Source of the DNA: an uncultured Fibrobacterota bacterium
Lineage (GTDB): Bacteria > Fibrobacterota > Chitinivibrionia > Chitinivibrionales > FEN-1185
Assembly (NCBI GenBank): GCA_963729895.1
Contig: CAVSQB010000019.1
Span: 32,001-96,000 of the forward strand
DNA length: 64,000 bases
Direction: 5' to 3'
In this document: piece by piece, positions 19,527 through 29,444 of the stretch
Layout: each line of letters starts with the position of its first letter
Numbering within the stretch: position 1 is the first letter of the stretch
Notes under the pieces: model-generated
Told to the model about the DNA's origin: nothing
What the model saw: only the letters and a program-made list of their open reading frames with translations
Databases searched by the model: none
Position numbers and translations under genes: made by a program

Positions 19527-20813
19527 CTACCGTTTCCCGATCGTGACCGCCATCTCCTCAAGATGCCTGCGATACGCGGCAAAGTCTTTGATGGGCAGGG
19601 CGGCAACGCCGCTGTCCATGGCGGCCCGGGCCACCGCGATGCTCTCTTCGACGAGCACGCGGCCGTCAAGCGGCTTGGGAATAATATAGTCGGGGCCAAA
19701 AACCAGGGAGTCCACATTGTATGCGTCAAGTACGTCTCGAGGAACGCCGGGCTTTTTTGCGAGGTTCGCAAGCGCGTGCGTGGCAGCCGCCTTCATGGGC
19801 TCGTTGATCTCGCGCGCCCGAACGTCGAGCGCGCCGCGGAAAATAAACGGAAACCCGAGCACGTTGTTCACCTGGTTTGGAAAATCGGACCTGCCCGTTG
19901 CCATGATGCAATCCGGCCGAGCGGCGCGCGCCTCCTCGAACCCGATCTCCGGGTCGGGGTTTGCCATGGCAAAAATAACGGGCCGTGCGGCCATGGTTTT
20001 CACCATGGCGCCGGAGACGAGTCCACCCTGCGAAAGGCCCACAAACACATCCGCGCCCTGTAAAGCGTCGGCAAGGGTCCGCTTCCGGGTGTCAACGGCA
20101 AACGGCGCCTTGTATTTGTTCATTCCATCGGTTCGGCCTTTGTAAATGACGCCGGCCCTGTCGGTCATGATGATGTTTTCCATGCGCGCGCCGAGCCGCA
20201 CGTAGTGGCGCGCGCATGACAGGGCAGCCGCGCCTGCCCCCGAGAAAACGATGGTCAGGTCGCCCATCTCCTTGCCCACGAGCTCGGCGGCGTTGAGAAG
20301 GGCTGCCCCGGAGATAATTGCGGTGCCGTGCTGGTCGTCGTGAAAAACGGGAATCGCCATTTCCCGCTTGAGCGTTTCTTCTATGTAAAAACACTCGGGC
20401 GCCTTGATGTCTTCCAGGTTGATCCCGCCGAACGTGGGCTCCAGCGCCTTGACAATACGGATAAGTTCGTCGGCGTCTTTTGTGTCGAGTTCAAGGTCGA
20501 ACACGTCGATATCGGCAAACCGTTTGAAGAGAATGCCCTTGCCTTCCATAACCGGTTTTCCGGCCATGGGGCCGATGTCGCCCAGTCCCAGCACCGCCGT
20601 GCCGTCGGTCACCACGGCCACCAGGTTGCCGCGAGCCGTGTATCGGTACACATCGTCCGGATGCGCCTCGATTTCCCTGCACGCATCCGCCACACCGGGC
20701 GTGTATGCGAGGGAAAGATCTTTCTGGGTCTTGCATGGCTTGCTTGGAATAACCTCGATTTTGCCTTTCCTGCCCTGAGAATGGTAATCGAGGGATTCCT
20801 GTTTTGTGATCAT
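19527..20813 (-). CDS. NAD(P)-dependent malic enzyme (no C-terminal PTA domain)
   Basis: [33 protein letters not shown] and [13 protein letters not shown]. Confidence 0.93.
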   Translation of the reverse strand: MITKQESLDYHSQGRKGKIEVIPSKPCKTQKDLSLAYTPGVADACREIEAHPDDVYRYTARGNLVAVVTDGTAVLGLGDIGPMAGKPVMEGKGILFKRFADIDVFDLELDTKDADELIRIVKALEPTFGGINLEDIKAPECFYIEETLKREMAIPVFHDDQHGTAIISGAALLNAAELVGKEMGDLTIVFSGAGAAALSCARHYVRLGARMENIIMTDRAGVIYKGRTDGMNKYKAPFAVDTRKRTLADALQGADVFVGLSQGGLVSGAMVKTMAARPVIFAMANPDPEIGFEEARAARPDCIMATGRSDFPNQVNNVLGFPFIFRGALDVRAREINEPMKAAATHALANLAKKPGVPRDVLDAYNVDSLVFGPDYIIPKPLDGRVLVEESIAVARAAMDSGVAALPIKDFAAYRRHLEEMAVTIGKR

Positions 20814-21298
20814 GGATTCCGGTTCCTTGTTCTTGATGCAGCCAGCGATGATCTTCCTTCCGAAAATTATAAATGGTAAAATAGATGACGACGGGTTGGG
20901 CTGCAATCGGCTCAGAACGAAGCCAGGCAACGAGGAAGCTCGGGTAATTCCGCGCTGTCCATTTTCCACCACAGGAGTTTCCTTCTCACATAATTCATTA
21001 CGGAACAAGTGTGTATAGGGGGAATTGGAACAATTTGGATCTTTGCTGGGGTTCACGCCACCCACATTTTTATGGTGAAAATCCTCGCAACCGCTTGATG
21101 AACATGGATGGCATGCTTTTTGAGGAGATAAAGAGAGTGTAGAAATGCGGCGTGCGGTTTTACGCACCGTAATGTTTGTTGATATAAGGGAAGTAAGGTT
21201 CCTGGAACAAATGACGGAAATAAGGAAAAGACGGTAGCCCGGAAAGAGGTGCAACCCAATCCAGTCCTCGCCTTTTATCGGCGCCGTCTTTTTTCTTT

Positions 21299-21330
21299 AG
21301 GGAGAGAGGAAACACTTCTCTCCCTTTTTT
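21299..21330 (+). terminator. Rho-independent terminator with no obvious upstream plus-strand CDS
   Basis: AGGGAGAGAGG/CTTCTCTCCCT stem followed by a T run. Confidence 0.7.
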
Positions 21331-21594
21331 ATGGGGTCGGGGTACCGCAAACAAAAGGGGAGTTGTAAACGATTGCTTCGATTGGGATTAGGATACCGTT
21401 CAATCAACGCCGCATGTCCATGGGGTGGATAGGCCTCATCGGATCAATGGAGCTTGACCGCGGCTGTTGAATGTAATAATGTGATATCAAAAGAAATGTA
21501 TTCTTGGGTATATTATTTGTTGGTGTGCTATGGTGACGCACTGGTTATTTTCCAGATGTCCAAGGCAATTTGTGGTACGTAAGGAAGGCGGATC

Positions 21595-22008
21595 ATGAAC
21601 AGAATCGGATACATTTTGCAGATCGTTGTAGTTTGCCTGCTGCCCGTGTCCGCCCAGTCGCCCAATTCCGGAGCCGCAAAAGACCCGAACCAGAAACAAC
21701 ATGCCGCCGCGGCAATTTTCGATGAGATCATGCAGACCCTTCCTGCAGACATGAAGGCCAAAGTGGACTCGGCATCCGTGACGGTAAAGGATGACTCGAA
21801 ATCGTCCGGAAGAAACGGCCCGGGAGCTGAGGCTGCGCATTCGTCAAGGTTGGGACCGCAGGGCGGCGACAGGGACGCCGCAGTCCAGCAGCTTCCCCAG
21901 GACGTGCGCGCAAAGGTCGAAAAGGCGATTTCCGACATAGATCTCATGAACCAGGACAGGCAGATTCAATTTAAGGACTACGAGAAAAATCACCAAGGCG
22001 GCAAGTAG
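21595..22008 (+). CDS. Small exported hypothetical protein
   Basis: AAGGAAGG RBS, signal-like N-terminus, two similar helical segments (LPADMKAKVD / LPQDVRAKVE). Confidence 0.75.
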   Translation: MNRIGYILQIVVVCLLPVSAQSPNSGAAKDPNQKQHAAAAIFDEIMQTLPADMKAKVDSASVTVKDDSKSSGRNGPGAEAAHSSRLGPQGGDRDAAVQQLPQDVRAKVEKAISDIDLMNQDRQIQFKDYEKNHQGGK

Positions 22009-22079
22009 CGCGTCTCCTGCCCGGTGAATTTGAGCCTGCAGCATATTCCCATCCACCTATCTCGGTAAGGATTGGACCG

Positions 22080-22796
22080 ATGACAAGGGTGTTTTTCGGG
22101 GGATTTTTTTTTATATTGTTCGGCGCTGCCGCATTATTTGCAGACACGACCCTTGTCGACAACCAACTCAACTATAGCGTGTATCTTCCCGCCAATTGGG
22201 TTCGAGAAGTTGAAAGTGATTCGCAGCACATCTTCGTGGACACCACCTATTTCTATCCTGCCGAATTGTCTCTTAACCGCTACCTAATCGATTCGACATT
22301 GTATAAGACCGCGGACGAATGGACACAGGCGCATTTTCTGGGCTACAAGCTGAGTGTCCAATATTCGGTGGATCCGGCCGGCGTCGTACTCTATTCCAAT
22401 TCCGACTCTTCTGTGAAGCAGGGGTCCCTGCAGGCGGCCGAGGCCTATTCGATCTTCTTTTCGTCGGACACAAGTATCGGCTCGTGGGCCGAATATGTCC
22501 GGTTTACAGCCTGCGGCCGATACGGATACGAATTGTACGCCATCTCCGATACCGCGGACATGTCCAAGGACATCGGCCTGTACGCGGCGATCCTGCAAAG
22601 CATCACGATTGCTCCGGGCGACCACGTTGTTTTGCAGCCCGCGTTCCGGCGAAGCGTGAGCGCGGCAGGGAAAGCGCTCAGGCCCTCTGTGTGCGATCCT
22701 CTGGGACGTACTACCGGCATGCCGGGAGCCTCACCTGGTCGTGCAGCCGGCATGTACATCTGGAGAAACGGTGTGAAAAATCCTTTCCTGCGCTGA
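22080..22796 (+). CDS. Exported hypothetical protein with short C-terminal sorting-like tail
   Basis: Signal peptide; C-terminus DPLGR...AAGMYIWR. Confidence 0.75.
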   Translation: MTRVFFGGFFFILFGAAALFADTTLVDNQLNYSVYLPANWVREVESDSQHIFVDTTYFYPAELSLNRYLIDSTLYKTADEWTQAHFLGYKLSVQYSVDPAGVVLYSNSDSSVKQGSLQAAEAYSIFFSSDTSIGSWAEYVRFTACGRYGYELYAISDTADMSKDIGLYAAILQSITIAPGDHVVLQPAFRRSVSAAGKALRPSVCDPLGRTTGMPGASPGRAAGMYIWRNGVKNPFLR

Positions 22797-23006
22797 CGGT
22801 CCGGAGCGTTCGAGGTTTGCGCGCCGACTGCTCATGCTGGTACTCCGCTAACGCAGGAGGGCAATCGAGAATCCCTTCATGAAGAGCACTTCGACGGCGC
22901 TCGGTGCGGGTCGGTCCGTCGATTCATGGACGCGTACCCGTCAACAAGCTCAAAGCGAGCGGAATCAATCATGATAAATGGCAGGAGTAACAGGCGCTCA
23001 TGCATA

Positions 23007-24683
23007 ATGCCTGCCTATGCGCCCCTGGTTTTCGTGCTCGTGTTTTTCACGGCTGCGCCCGTGCACGCCGGGCAGGATACAATGTCTGTGGCATTCTGCT
23101 GCACAAGCGGTTTGCAGCAAATCGACAAAGGAAAATTCGACGAGGCCCTGTACTATTTCGGCAGGGCGTTTTCCGCGGGAATGTCGAAGGACAGTTTGTG
23201 CTTCTTCTGCGCCGAAGTCTATTTCGCCAAGGGCGCGCTCGACACCGCCCTGGGATTCAACTTCGGCATCAAGGCGGCGCGAAACAGGCGCCTCGCCGTG
23301 CAACAGCTCAAACAGCGGGCGCGCATCTATTCCGCGCTGGGCTGGAAAAAGGACGCGGACGCGGTGGCCGACTCGCTGCTTTACTTCCGGCCCTACGGGC
23401 CGCATTTGTTTGTACCTGATGTCAATGCAAGCGCAGGGCTGGATTATACGAATCGACGCGAACAGCAGCAGCCGTCATTTCCCTACCAGGGGCCGCGTGC
23501 GGACACCGGGTATAAGGGGCCGGGGTACAGCGGCGGCCTGAGGCTGGGCTGGGACGTCCCGGCCGGGAGGAGCTTTCTTGTCAAGGCAGGGGTGAGCGGG
23601 GAAGAAACAAGCAAGTATTACCGGTCATCCAATTCCGCGGATTCGGTGAATGTTTCCATGGGCCTTTTTGCCGGACTGGAATACGTTCCCAGCGGTTTGA
23701 CCCTCGACTACGGCATTACCCGCGTCATCGATTACCTGGGCGAATACTTTACCCAGAACAGCATCGGGCTTTCGCTTTCGAAGACCGGGAAACGGTGGCT
23801 AACATATTTGTCAAGCGGCTATGAGCAGGAACTTGAGGCCCGGGAAACGATCCATAGCCAGACCTGCTGGCTGCTGGGGTATTTCGACCAGTCGGCCGTT
23901 TCGGGCAGGGGATTTTCCGTTTTTGTCCGAGGCTCGGGATATTTTGCCGGACCGCTGGTCTCAACCGAGACGTTCAAGGTGATGTACGTGGCCGATGTCA
24001 GCCAGCATCCGGTGCAGCACTATTATGTGAATACCCAAACGCAAATGCCGACGTCCGACACCATCGGCATCGGGCCCGTGCCGTATCTTTTGCCGGCCAT
24101 CTATGAGAACAACACCGTGCGCAGGTCCGCGTCGACGTTGTTTTCGATCCCGGAAAACAGCATGTTTACCCAGAACCAGTTGTCGATTGCTCCGCTTGTG
24201 TCATACAAACAACCGCTCCCGTTCGGGATGTCCGCGATCATTGGAGCAGGGCTGACTGCCGATTACTACCTGGACCTTTACCGCTGGGCTTCTTTCAATA
24301 TAAGTAAGAGTGAGCAAGACACCTCTCCGATCAGTGATACGGCGAACTATCTTGCCTACAACGCCGCTGACGGCAAGTACTATTGGGTGAAGGACCTGGC
24401 CAATATCTCCGGCAACGAACAGTATGACGGCCCCGTTGCAGTTTCCCAACACGAAAAACGAAGGGTCGATGCCGAGGTGTCGCTATTCGTGTCGCTCACG
24501 AGGCCCGCAGGGGAGCTCGGGACATTTACCCTTCGCGCCGACATTGCCAAGAATTACTCGACGCTTCGGAGCGAAAAATTTCTGTTCTGGCAGGTGTCGA
24601 ACACCGATGCGCCGTTCTCCATCCCCAACTGGTCGTGGGGCTTGTCGCTGACGTGGAATTTTGCCTGGCACCGCCAAGGATAG
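23007..24683 (+). CDS. Exported protein: N-terminal TPR-like helices plus probable outer-membrane beta-barrel
   Basis: Signal peptide, TPR-like helices, many amphipathic beta segments, aromatic C-terminal strand WGLSLTWNFAW; start uncertain. Confidence 0.65.
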   Translation: MPAYAPLVFVLVFFTAAPVHAGQDTMSVAFCCTSGLQQIDKGKFDEALYYFGRAFSAGMSKDSLCFFCAEVYFAKGALDTALGFNFGIKAARNRRLAVQQLKQRARIYSALGWKKDADAVADSLLYFRPYGPHLFVPDVNASAGLDYTNRREQQQPSFPYQGPRADTGYKGPGYSGGLRLGWDVPAGRSFLVKAGVSGEETSKYYRSSNSADSVNVSMGLFAGLEYVPSGLTLDYGITRVIDYLGEYFTQNSIGLSLSKTGKRWLTYLSSGYEQELEARETIHSQTCWLLGYFDQSAVSGRGFSVFVRGSGYFAGPLVSTETFKVMYVADVSQHPVQHYYVNTQTQMPTSDTIGIGPVPYLLPAIYENNTVRRSASTLFSIPENSMFTQNQLSIAPLVSYKQPLPFGMSAIIGAGLTADYYLDLYRWASFNISKSEQDTSPISDTANYLAYNAADGKYYWVKDLANISGNEQYDGPVAVSQHEKRRVDAEVSLFVSLTRPAGELGTFTLRADIAKNYSTLRSEKFLFWQVSNTDAPFSIPNWSWGLSLTWNFAWHRQG

Positions 24684-24740
24684 TGCGTCGCGGCGAAACA
24701 TTGTATATTAATTTACAAGAGTATAACACAAAGGCGCCCG

Positions 24741-25409
24741 ATGATACGCATGCATGCGGCCGGAGCGGCGGCGGTTTTTTTGATGATCGCCGTGTCCGGA
24801 TGCAGAAACAGGAATATCGAAAACGGCGGCATCTGCCTGCGGCTTGGCGATTATCCGTCGGCAATCGCGTTCTATTCCGATGAGGTAAGGCGTCACCCGG
24901 ACAGTTACGAGGCGCGTCTGGGCCTCGGCAAGGCACTTCTTCAGAAGGCATGGGACGCCGACACGTCGGCATGGAAAAGTGCACTTATCCAGCTCGAGGC
25001 TGCGCACACCCTTTCGCCCCGGGACGACATCAAGGGACTGCTTGGCGACGTGTACCTCCAGCGGGCGCACCAGCTGCTTGCCGTAAGGGATTCGGTTTCG
25101 GCGCTGGAGGCGCTGTCGCGCGCCATCGAATGCGACAACCGGGCCGTTGAGCCCCTCAATCTTGCGGGTATCATCTACTTCCGGATGGGCGAAGAAGACA
25201 AATCGGAAATGCTTTTCAAGAAGGCCGTGGGCATCGACAGCGCCAGCTCGTCGGCGCGGTTCAACCTCGGCATGGTGTTCTGGCAGAGCGGCAGGTACGA
25301 GGATGCGCATGCACAGTGGCTCGCGGCGCTCGCGGCCTCGCCCGGCGACAAAGACATGCTGTACTGGTTCGCGCTTGCCGAAAAGAAACTCCGGGAAACG
25401 GCCCCATGA
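24741..25409 (+). CDS. TPR lipoprotein
   Basis: VSGC lipobox; TPR motifs ARLGLGKAL, LNLAGIIY and ARFNLGMVF. Confidence 0.82.
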   Translation: MIRMHAAGAAAVFLMIAVSGCRNRNIENGGICLRLGDYPSAIAFYSDEVRRHPDSYEARLGLGKALLQKAWDADTSAWKSALIQLEAAHTLSPRDDIKGLLGDVYLQRAHQLLAVRDSVSALEALSRAIECDNRAVEPLNLAGIIYFRMGEEDKSEMLFKKAVGIDSASSSARFNLGMVFWQSGRYEDAHAQWLAALAASPGDKDMLYWFALAEKKLRETAP

Positions 25410-26797
25410 TTCCCAGGCTTCCCAAAGGATTTTCGCACCCCATGCGCGTTGGGGAGGGCGCATTCGCGTCTGTCTACCGTGTGCGCCAGACCGCGCTCGA
25501 CCGGTGGGTCGCCATCAAGGTGCTGCACGAGAAAGACCCCGCCAAGAAGCGCGACATCGTGAAGGAGGCCACCACGCAGGCGCGCATCCAGGCCGACTGC
25601 ATCCCGCAGGTGTTCCACGTGCTCGAATGGCGCTCGCAGGTGTGCATCGTGATGGAATGGATCAAGGGCGTGTCGCTGTCCTCGCTCGTTGCGCACTTTC
25701 CGTCCCCCGAGGAGCGGCTGTGGCTTGCCGATCACGTGATCCGTTCGCTTGCCGCGCTGCACACGCTCGGGTTCGCGCACCGCGACCTCAAGCCGGAGAA
25801 CATCCTTATCTCGCCGGACAAGGGAATGATGCTCGTGGATTTCGGGTTCACCAAGAACGTTGTTGACGGGCAGCAATCGGTGTCCGGCGTTGTGAAGGGG
25901 ACGCCCGCGTACATGGCGCCGGAACTGTGGTCGGGAAGGCAGGGCATAGACCCCATGCGCTGCGACGTGTTTGCCGCGGGCAGGATCATGCACGACATTC
26001 TCCCCGGCGACACCTTTGCCCATTTTACGGCCGGATGCACCAGCGAGGATCCCTCGAGCCGCCCCGCCTCCGGCGCGGAGATGCTTGCGTTATGGCAACG
26101 CATCGCTCCCCATATCACCCAGCCCGATTGGCGGCGGCTTGCGCGTTCGCTGTCGTCGGAACAGCTTTCCGCAAAACTCACGGGCGCGGCGCGGCTTCTT
26201 CTGCACGAGGGCCGGCAGGACGAGGCGTACTGGCTTCTCGTCGAGAGCATCGAGGAAAACCCGAAGAACGTCGAATCCGTGAGCCTCATGAATTCGTTTC
26301 CCAAATATGTGCAACGCAGGCGGGTCCGGCGCAGGATAACCTATGCCGGCGTTGCCGCCGGATGCGCCTGCCTGCTGTTGTTCGCGTTTGTCATTGGGCG
26401 CCGCAGCAGGGACTGGAACCCGGGCGGGGCTTTGTCCGCGGCGCGCATCCCGTTTCAGAACGACCGGTCCGCCCGGCTTTCCTGGATGCCGAGGACCAGA
26501 AGCGCCGGCGTCGGGACCGTGCCGTTCCGGTGCGACTCGGCGTCGGCCGGCCGTTTGTCCGGCACGCTTCTTGTGGAGGCCGGACCGGCTTTCGGCACGC
26601 TGAGCATCAACGGGTCAACGCTGGACCTCAGTACCGGGTATCGCGCAGGCATCACCCTTGCGCCCGGGAAACACACCCTGGCCTGGGTCGACGCCGCCGG
26701 CCGCGTCCCATGGCGGGGAAAAATTACCCTACTGCCTTTTGAGACGAAAATCGTTTCCATTGCCGTAGCGAGCGCACAGAAACCGAGAGGACCATGA
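25406..26797 (+). CDS. Membrane-anchored Hanks-type Ser/Thr protein kinase
   Basis: GEGAFA, VAIK, HRDLKPEN, DFG and GTPAYMAPE; TM helix, then a beta-rich extracytoplasmic tail; ATGA overlap with the upstream gene. Confidence 0.92.
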   Translation: MIPRLPKGFSHPMRVGEGAFASVYRVRQTALDRWVAIKVLHEKDPAKKRDIVKEATTQARIQADCIPQVFHVLEWRSQVCIVMEWIKGVSLSSLVAHFPSPEERLWLADHVIRSLAALHTLGFAHRDLKPENILISPDKGMMLVDFGFTKNVVDGQQSVSGVVKGTPAYMAPELWSGRQGIDPMRCDVFAAGRIMHDILPGDTFAHFTAGCTSEDPSSRPASGAEMLALWQRIAPHITQPDWRRLARSLSSEQLSAKLTGAARLLLHEGRQDEAYWLLVESIEENPKNVESVSLMNSFPKYVQRRRVRRRITYAGVAAGCACLLLFAFVIGRRSRDWNPGGALSAARIPFQNDRSARLSWMPRTRSAGVGTVPFRCDSASAGRLSGTLLVEAGPAFGTLSINGSTLDLSTGYRAGITLAPGKHTLAWVDAAGRVPWRGKITLLPFETKIVSIAVASAQKPRGP

Positions 26798-28602
26798 CAA
26801 CGCAATCAATGCCGCGCTTTATTGAGACGGAAAGCGGCGTCGAACATGAGTTGAACGGAAGGATCGTGACCGTCGGCTCGTCGGCGTCCTGCCAGATATG
26901 CATCCGGGACAAGGGGCTGCCGGAGATTGCCGCGCATCTGCTGTTTGCGGGCGGCCGCTACAGGCTTTCCTCGTTGTCCTCTGATGTCAAGGTACTGGTG
27001 AACGGGAAGCCCGTGCCGGCCGGCTGCACGCTCGATAACGGCGACGGCGTGACCGTGGGCAGAATGCAGTTCGTGTACCGGGAAAACGCGGCGCCCGCCG
27101 CAGCCGGGAAAACGGCGCTGTCGGCGGTGCCGCTTTCGGACCTGGTATCGGCAGTCGTTTCGCTTTTGCGCAACAAAGAAGAGGACGTGGCGTCGGACCT
27201 TGTCGTGAGCGTCTCGCGGCTTGTCGGGTGCGACGCGGCGCGGCTGGTGGGAGAAGACGCGGAGACAGGGGAGCGGAGGACCGTTGCGCGGTATCCAGTG
27301 GAGAGCGGCCTCGACCGGTTTTCGAACCGCGCGATAGACTTTGCAAAGAACGCCTCGCAGACGGTGCTTGTCAACGACACCGACTGGAAGGACACGGTTG
27401 ATCCCAAGAGTTCACTTGAGCGGAACCTCATCGCGTCGGTGCTGTGCTCGCCGCTTTCCGACTGCGGAAGAGTCCTGGGCTACCTGTATCTTGACAGACT
27501 CCAGACCAGCCGCCCCTTTTCCGAGGAGGACCGGCACCTGTGCGACAGCCTTATGCCGCTGTTTTCGGAACTGCTGGCGAACAACGAGCAGCGCCGCCGC
27601 CAGGCCGAGACCATTGCGCGTTTGCAGGCCTCCACGTTCGAGACCTCGGGCGGCATGATTTACGAAAGCGACATCATGGGAAAAACGGTGGCGCTTGCCG
27701 CAAAGCTTGCAGCCACGGATTCGCCGGTCCTCATCTACGGGGAAACCGGGACCGGCAAGGAGCTCATGGCGCGCTTTATCCACGAACGGTCGCGAAGAAA
27801 CGGCAAACCCCTCAAGGCGATAAACTGCGGCGCCATCCCGGAAAACCTGATCGAAAGCGAGCTGTTCGGCCACGAAAAGGGGTCGTTTACAGGCGCGACT
27901 CAGCGCACGATCGGCCTGTTTGAGGCCGCCACCGGCGGCACCGTGTTCCTGGACGAGATCGGCGAGCTCCCGCTGTCACTTCAGGTAAAGTTGCTGCGCG
28001 TGCTGCAGGACTCGGAGATCGTCCGCGTGGGCGGCACCGAAAATATCAAGACCGATGTGCGCATCGTAGCGGCCAGCAACAAGAAACTGGAAGACGAGGT
28101 TGCGCAGAACCGGTTCAGGCAGGACCTGTTCTTCCGGCTCAACGTGCTCACCATCGGCCTGCCGCCGCTGCGCGAGCGCGGCCGTGACGCGATTCTCCTG
28201 TCCGAATTTTTTGTCAAGAAATACTGCGTGCAGTTCGGGCTTTCGCAGAAGACCATGCAGGCGTCGGCCCAAAACGCGCTTCTTACGCACAACTGGCCGG
28301 GCAACATCCGCGAACTGGAGAATGTGGTGCAAAAGGCCATTCTCCTGTCCTCCGACAGTCGCATAAGCAAAGAGCATATCCAGATCACCGCGTCGTCGAT
28401 GCTGCAGAGCGCGGGCGCACTCCCCGCAAAGGGCACGCTCAAGGAGGCGCGCAGCGCCGCCGAGAAGGAAATTATATCGCAGACGCTCGCCCGGACAAAG
28501 GGGAATGTGAGCCTGGCTTCCAAGCTGCTCGATATCGACAGAAAGTGGTTGATGAAGCTGATGGAGGAGCTTGGAGTAGACGCCAATGAGTACAGGTCGT
28601 AG
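26794..28602 (+). CDS. Sigma54-dependent enhancer-binding protein with FHA-like and GAF domains
   Basis: GETGTGKE, ESELFGHEKGSFTGA, FLDEIGEL, WPGNIRELEN and a Fis-type HTH; N-terminal FHA-like and GAF (LGYLYLD) domains. Confidence 0.93.
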   Translation: MTTQSMPRFIETESGVEHELNGRIVTVGSSASCQICIRDKGLPEIAAHLLFAGGRYRLSSLSSDVKVLVNGKPVPAGCTLDNGDGVTVGRMQFVYRENAAPAAAGKTALSAVPLSDLVSAVVSLLRNKEEDVASDLVVSVSRLVGCDAARLVGEDAETGERRTVARYPVESGLDRFSNRAIDFAKNASQTVLVNDTDWKDTVDPKSSLERNLIASVLCSPLSDCGRVLGYLYLDRLQTSRPFSEEDRHLCDSLMPLFSELLANNEQRRRQAETIARLQASTFETSGGMIYESDIMGKTVALAAKLAATDSPVLIYGETGTGKELMARFIHERSRRNGKPLKAINCGAIPENLIESELFGHEKGSFTGATQRTIGLFEAATGGTVFLDEIGELPLSLQVKLLRVLQDSEIVRVGGTENIKTDVRIVAASNKKLEDEVAQNRFRQDLFFRLNVLTIGLPPLRERGRDAILLSEFFVKKYCVQFGLSQKTMQASAQNALLTHNWPGNIRELENVVQKAILLSSDSRISKEHIQITASSMLQSAGALPAKGTLKEARSAAEKEIISQTLARTKGNVSLASKLLDIDRKWLMKLMEELGVDANEYRS

Positions 28603-28915
28603 GCACAGAGACTTGCGGTGAAAGGTTCGACGCATTACGTGGGGAAACCGTCTCGGTTTCCCCTGGCCCCCGGCTTCCGTCGCGCGGGTGCCCTGTCTGA
28701 CCAAAAATGACAAAGTGTGCCACTATCGTCCTCGATAGTGCTCTTGACCGTTGCTTAGAACTCAATTCTCAGCTATTCCACAAGTCAAGAATCCTCCACC
28801 TTACACAATCCCAATGGTCTGGGCACCCGTGCACTGTACAGGTGACGGTTTGATTCGCTTTGGATGCGTTGGCACATAGGTGAAGTTGACAATTATGGAA
28901 TTGTTCTTCTGCCAG

Positions 28916-29172
28916 GCGTTAGGGGCGACCGGATGCCGCGCAAAAGCGCGGTGCCGCCCGGACACGCCGCTGATTGTCGAGTGCCGCTCCCCTCGATACA
29001 TCCCCGTCTCGATACATCCACAGAGTGGATTACTCGACGATCAGCGGGACACTCGGGGAGCGGCGTATCGAGACTCAGCGGCTTAGGGCCGTGGCGGCCC
29101 GAGGCCGAAGGCCGAGACAGGAGGGAGAACCGACCCGAGCCTGAGCGCCTGCGACGGCGAGGGGAACGCCCA
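28916..29172 (+). repeat. Structured intergenic element, copy A (long form with 117-bp nested insert)
   Basis: GCGTTAGG...GGGAGAACCGACCC...GGGGAACGCCCA; near-identical core to 62789-63035. Confidence 0.88.
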
Positions 29173-29273
29173 AATTCTCATTTTTATATGGGCAAACAAG
29201 AATCGTACTATTTAGCAAACGATGCAGTCGCACGGGTGGAACCTGGATCATAGATCCACCAGAGGGGAAATTA

Positions 29274-29307
29274 TTTTCTTTTAAGGCACACGATAGGGCC
29301 ACCCGTC
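29274..29307 (+). repeat. Direct repeat, left of the GH2 gene
   Basis: TTTTCTTTTAAGGCACACGATAGGGCCACCCGTC; 32 of 34 identical to 32400-32433. Confidence 0.85.
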
Positions 29308-29444
29308 CGACGTGGACGAAGAATGTGACGGGCGTCACGACGGGCACGGGACACGACGAAACAACCGAATAGTACTCACTTCTTGGAAAATTTATATATT
29401 ATACCTTGGATAAGCCGGAAACCATCTCATAAAAAGGGGGAGTC

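Noticed and set aside
20814..21254. N-terminal extension of the malic enzyme in the ORF track
   Set aside because: Homology-like sequence begins at [11 protein letters not shown] (20813) with an AAGGA RBS; the extension is not protein-like. Similar over-long starts were trimmed for several other genes.
28868..28886. Sigma54 promoter TGGCACATAGGTGA downstream of the activator
   Set aside because: The -24 element matches but the -12 TTGC is absent at the required spacing.
28916..29172. Group II intron remnant or known small ribozyme
   Set aside because: No domain V consensus or GTGCG start, and no hammerhead, twister, pistol or HDV core that I could fit by eye.
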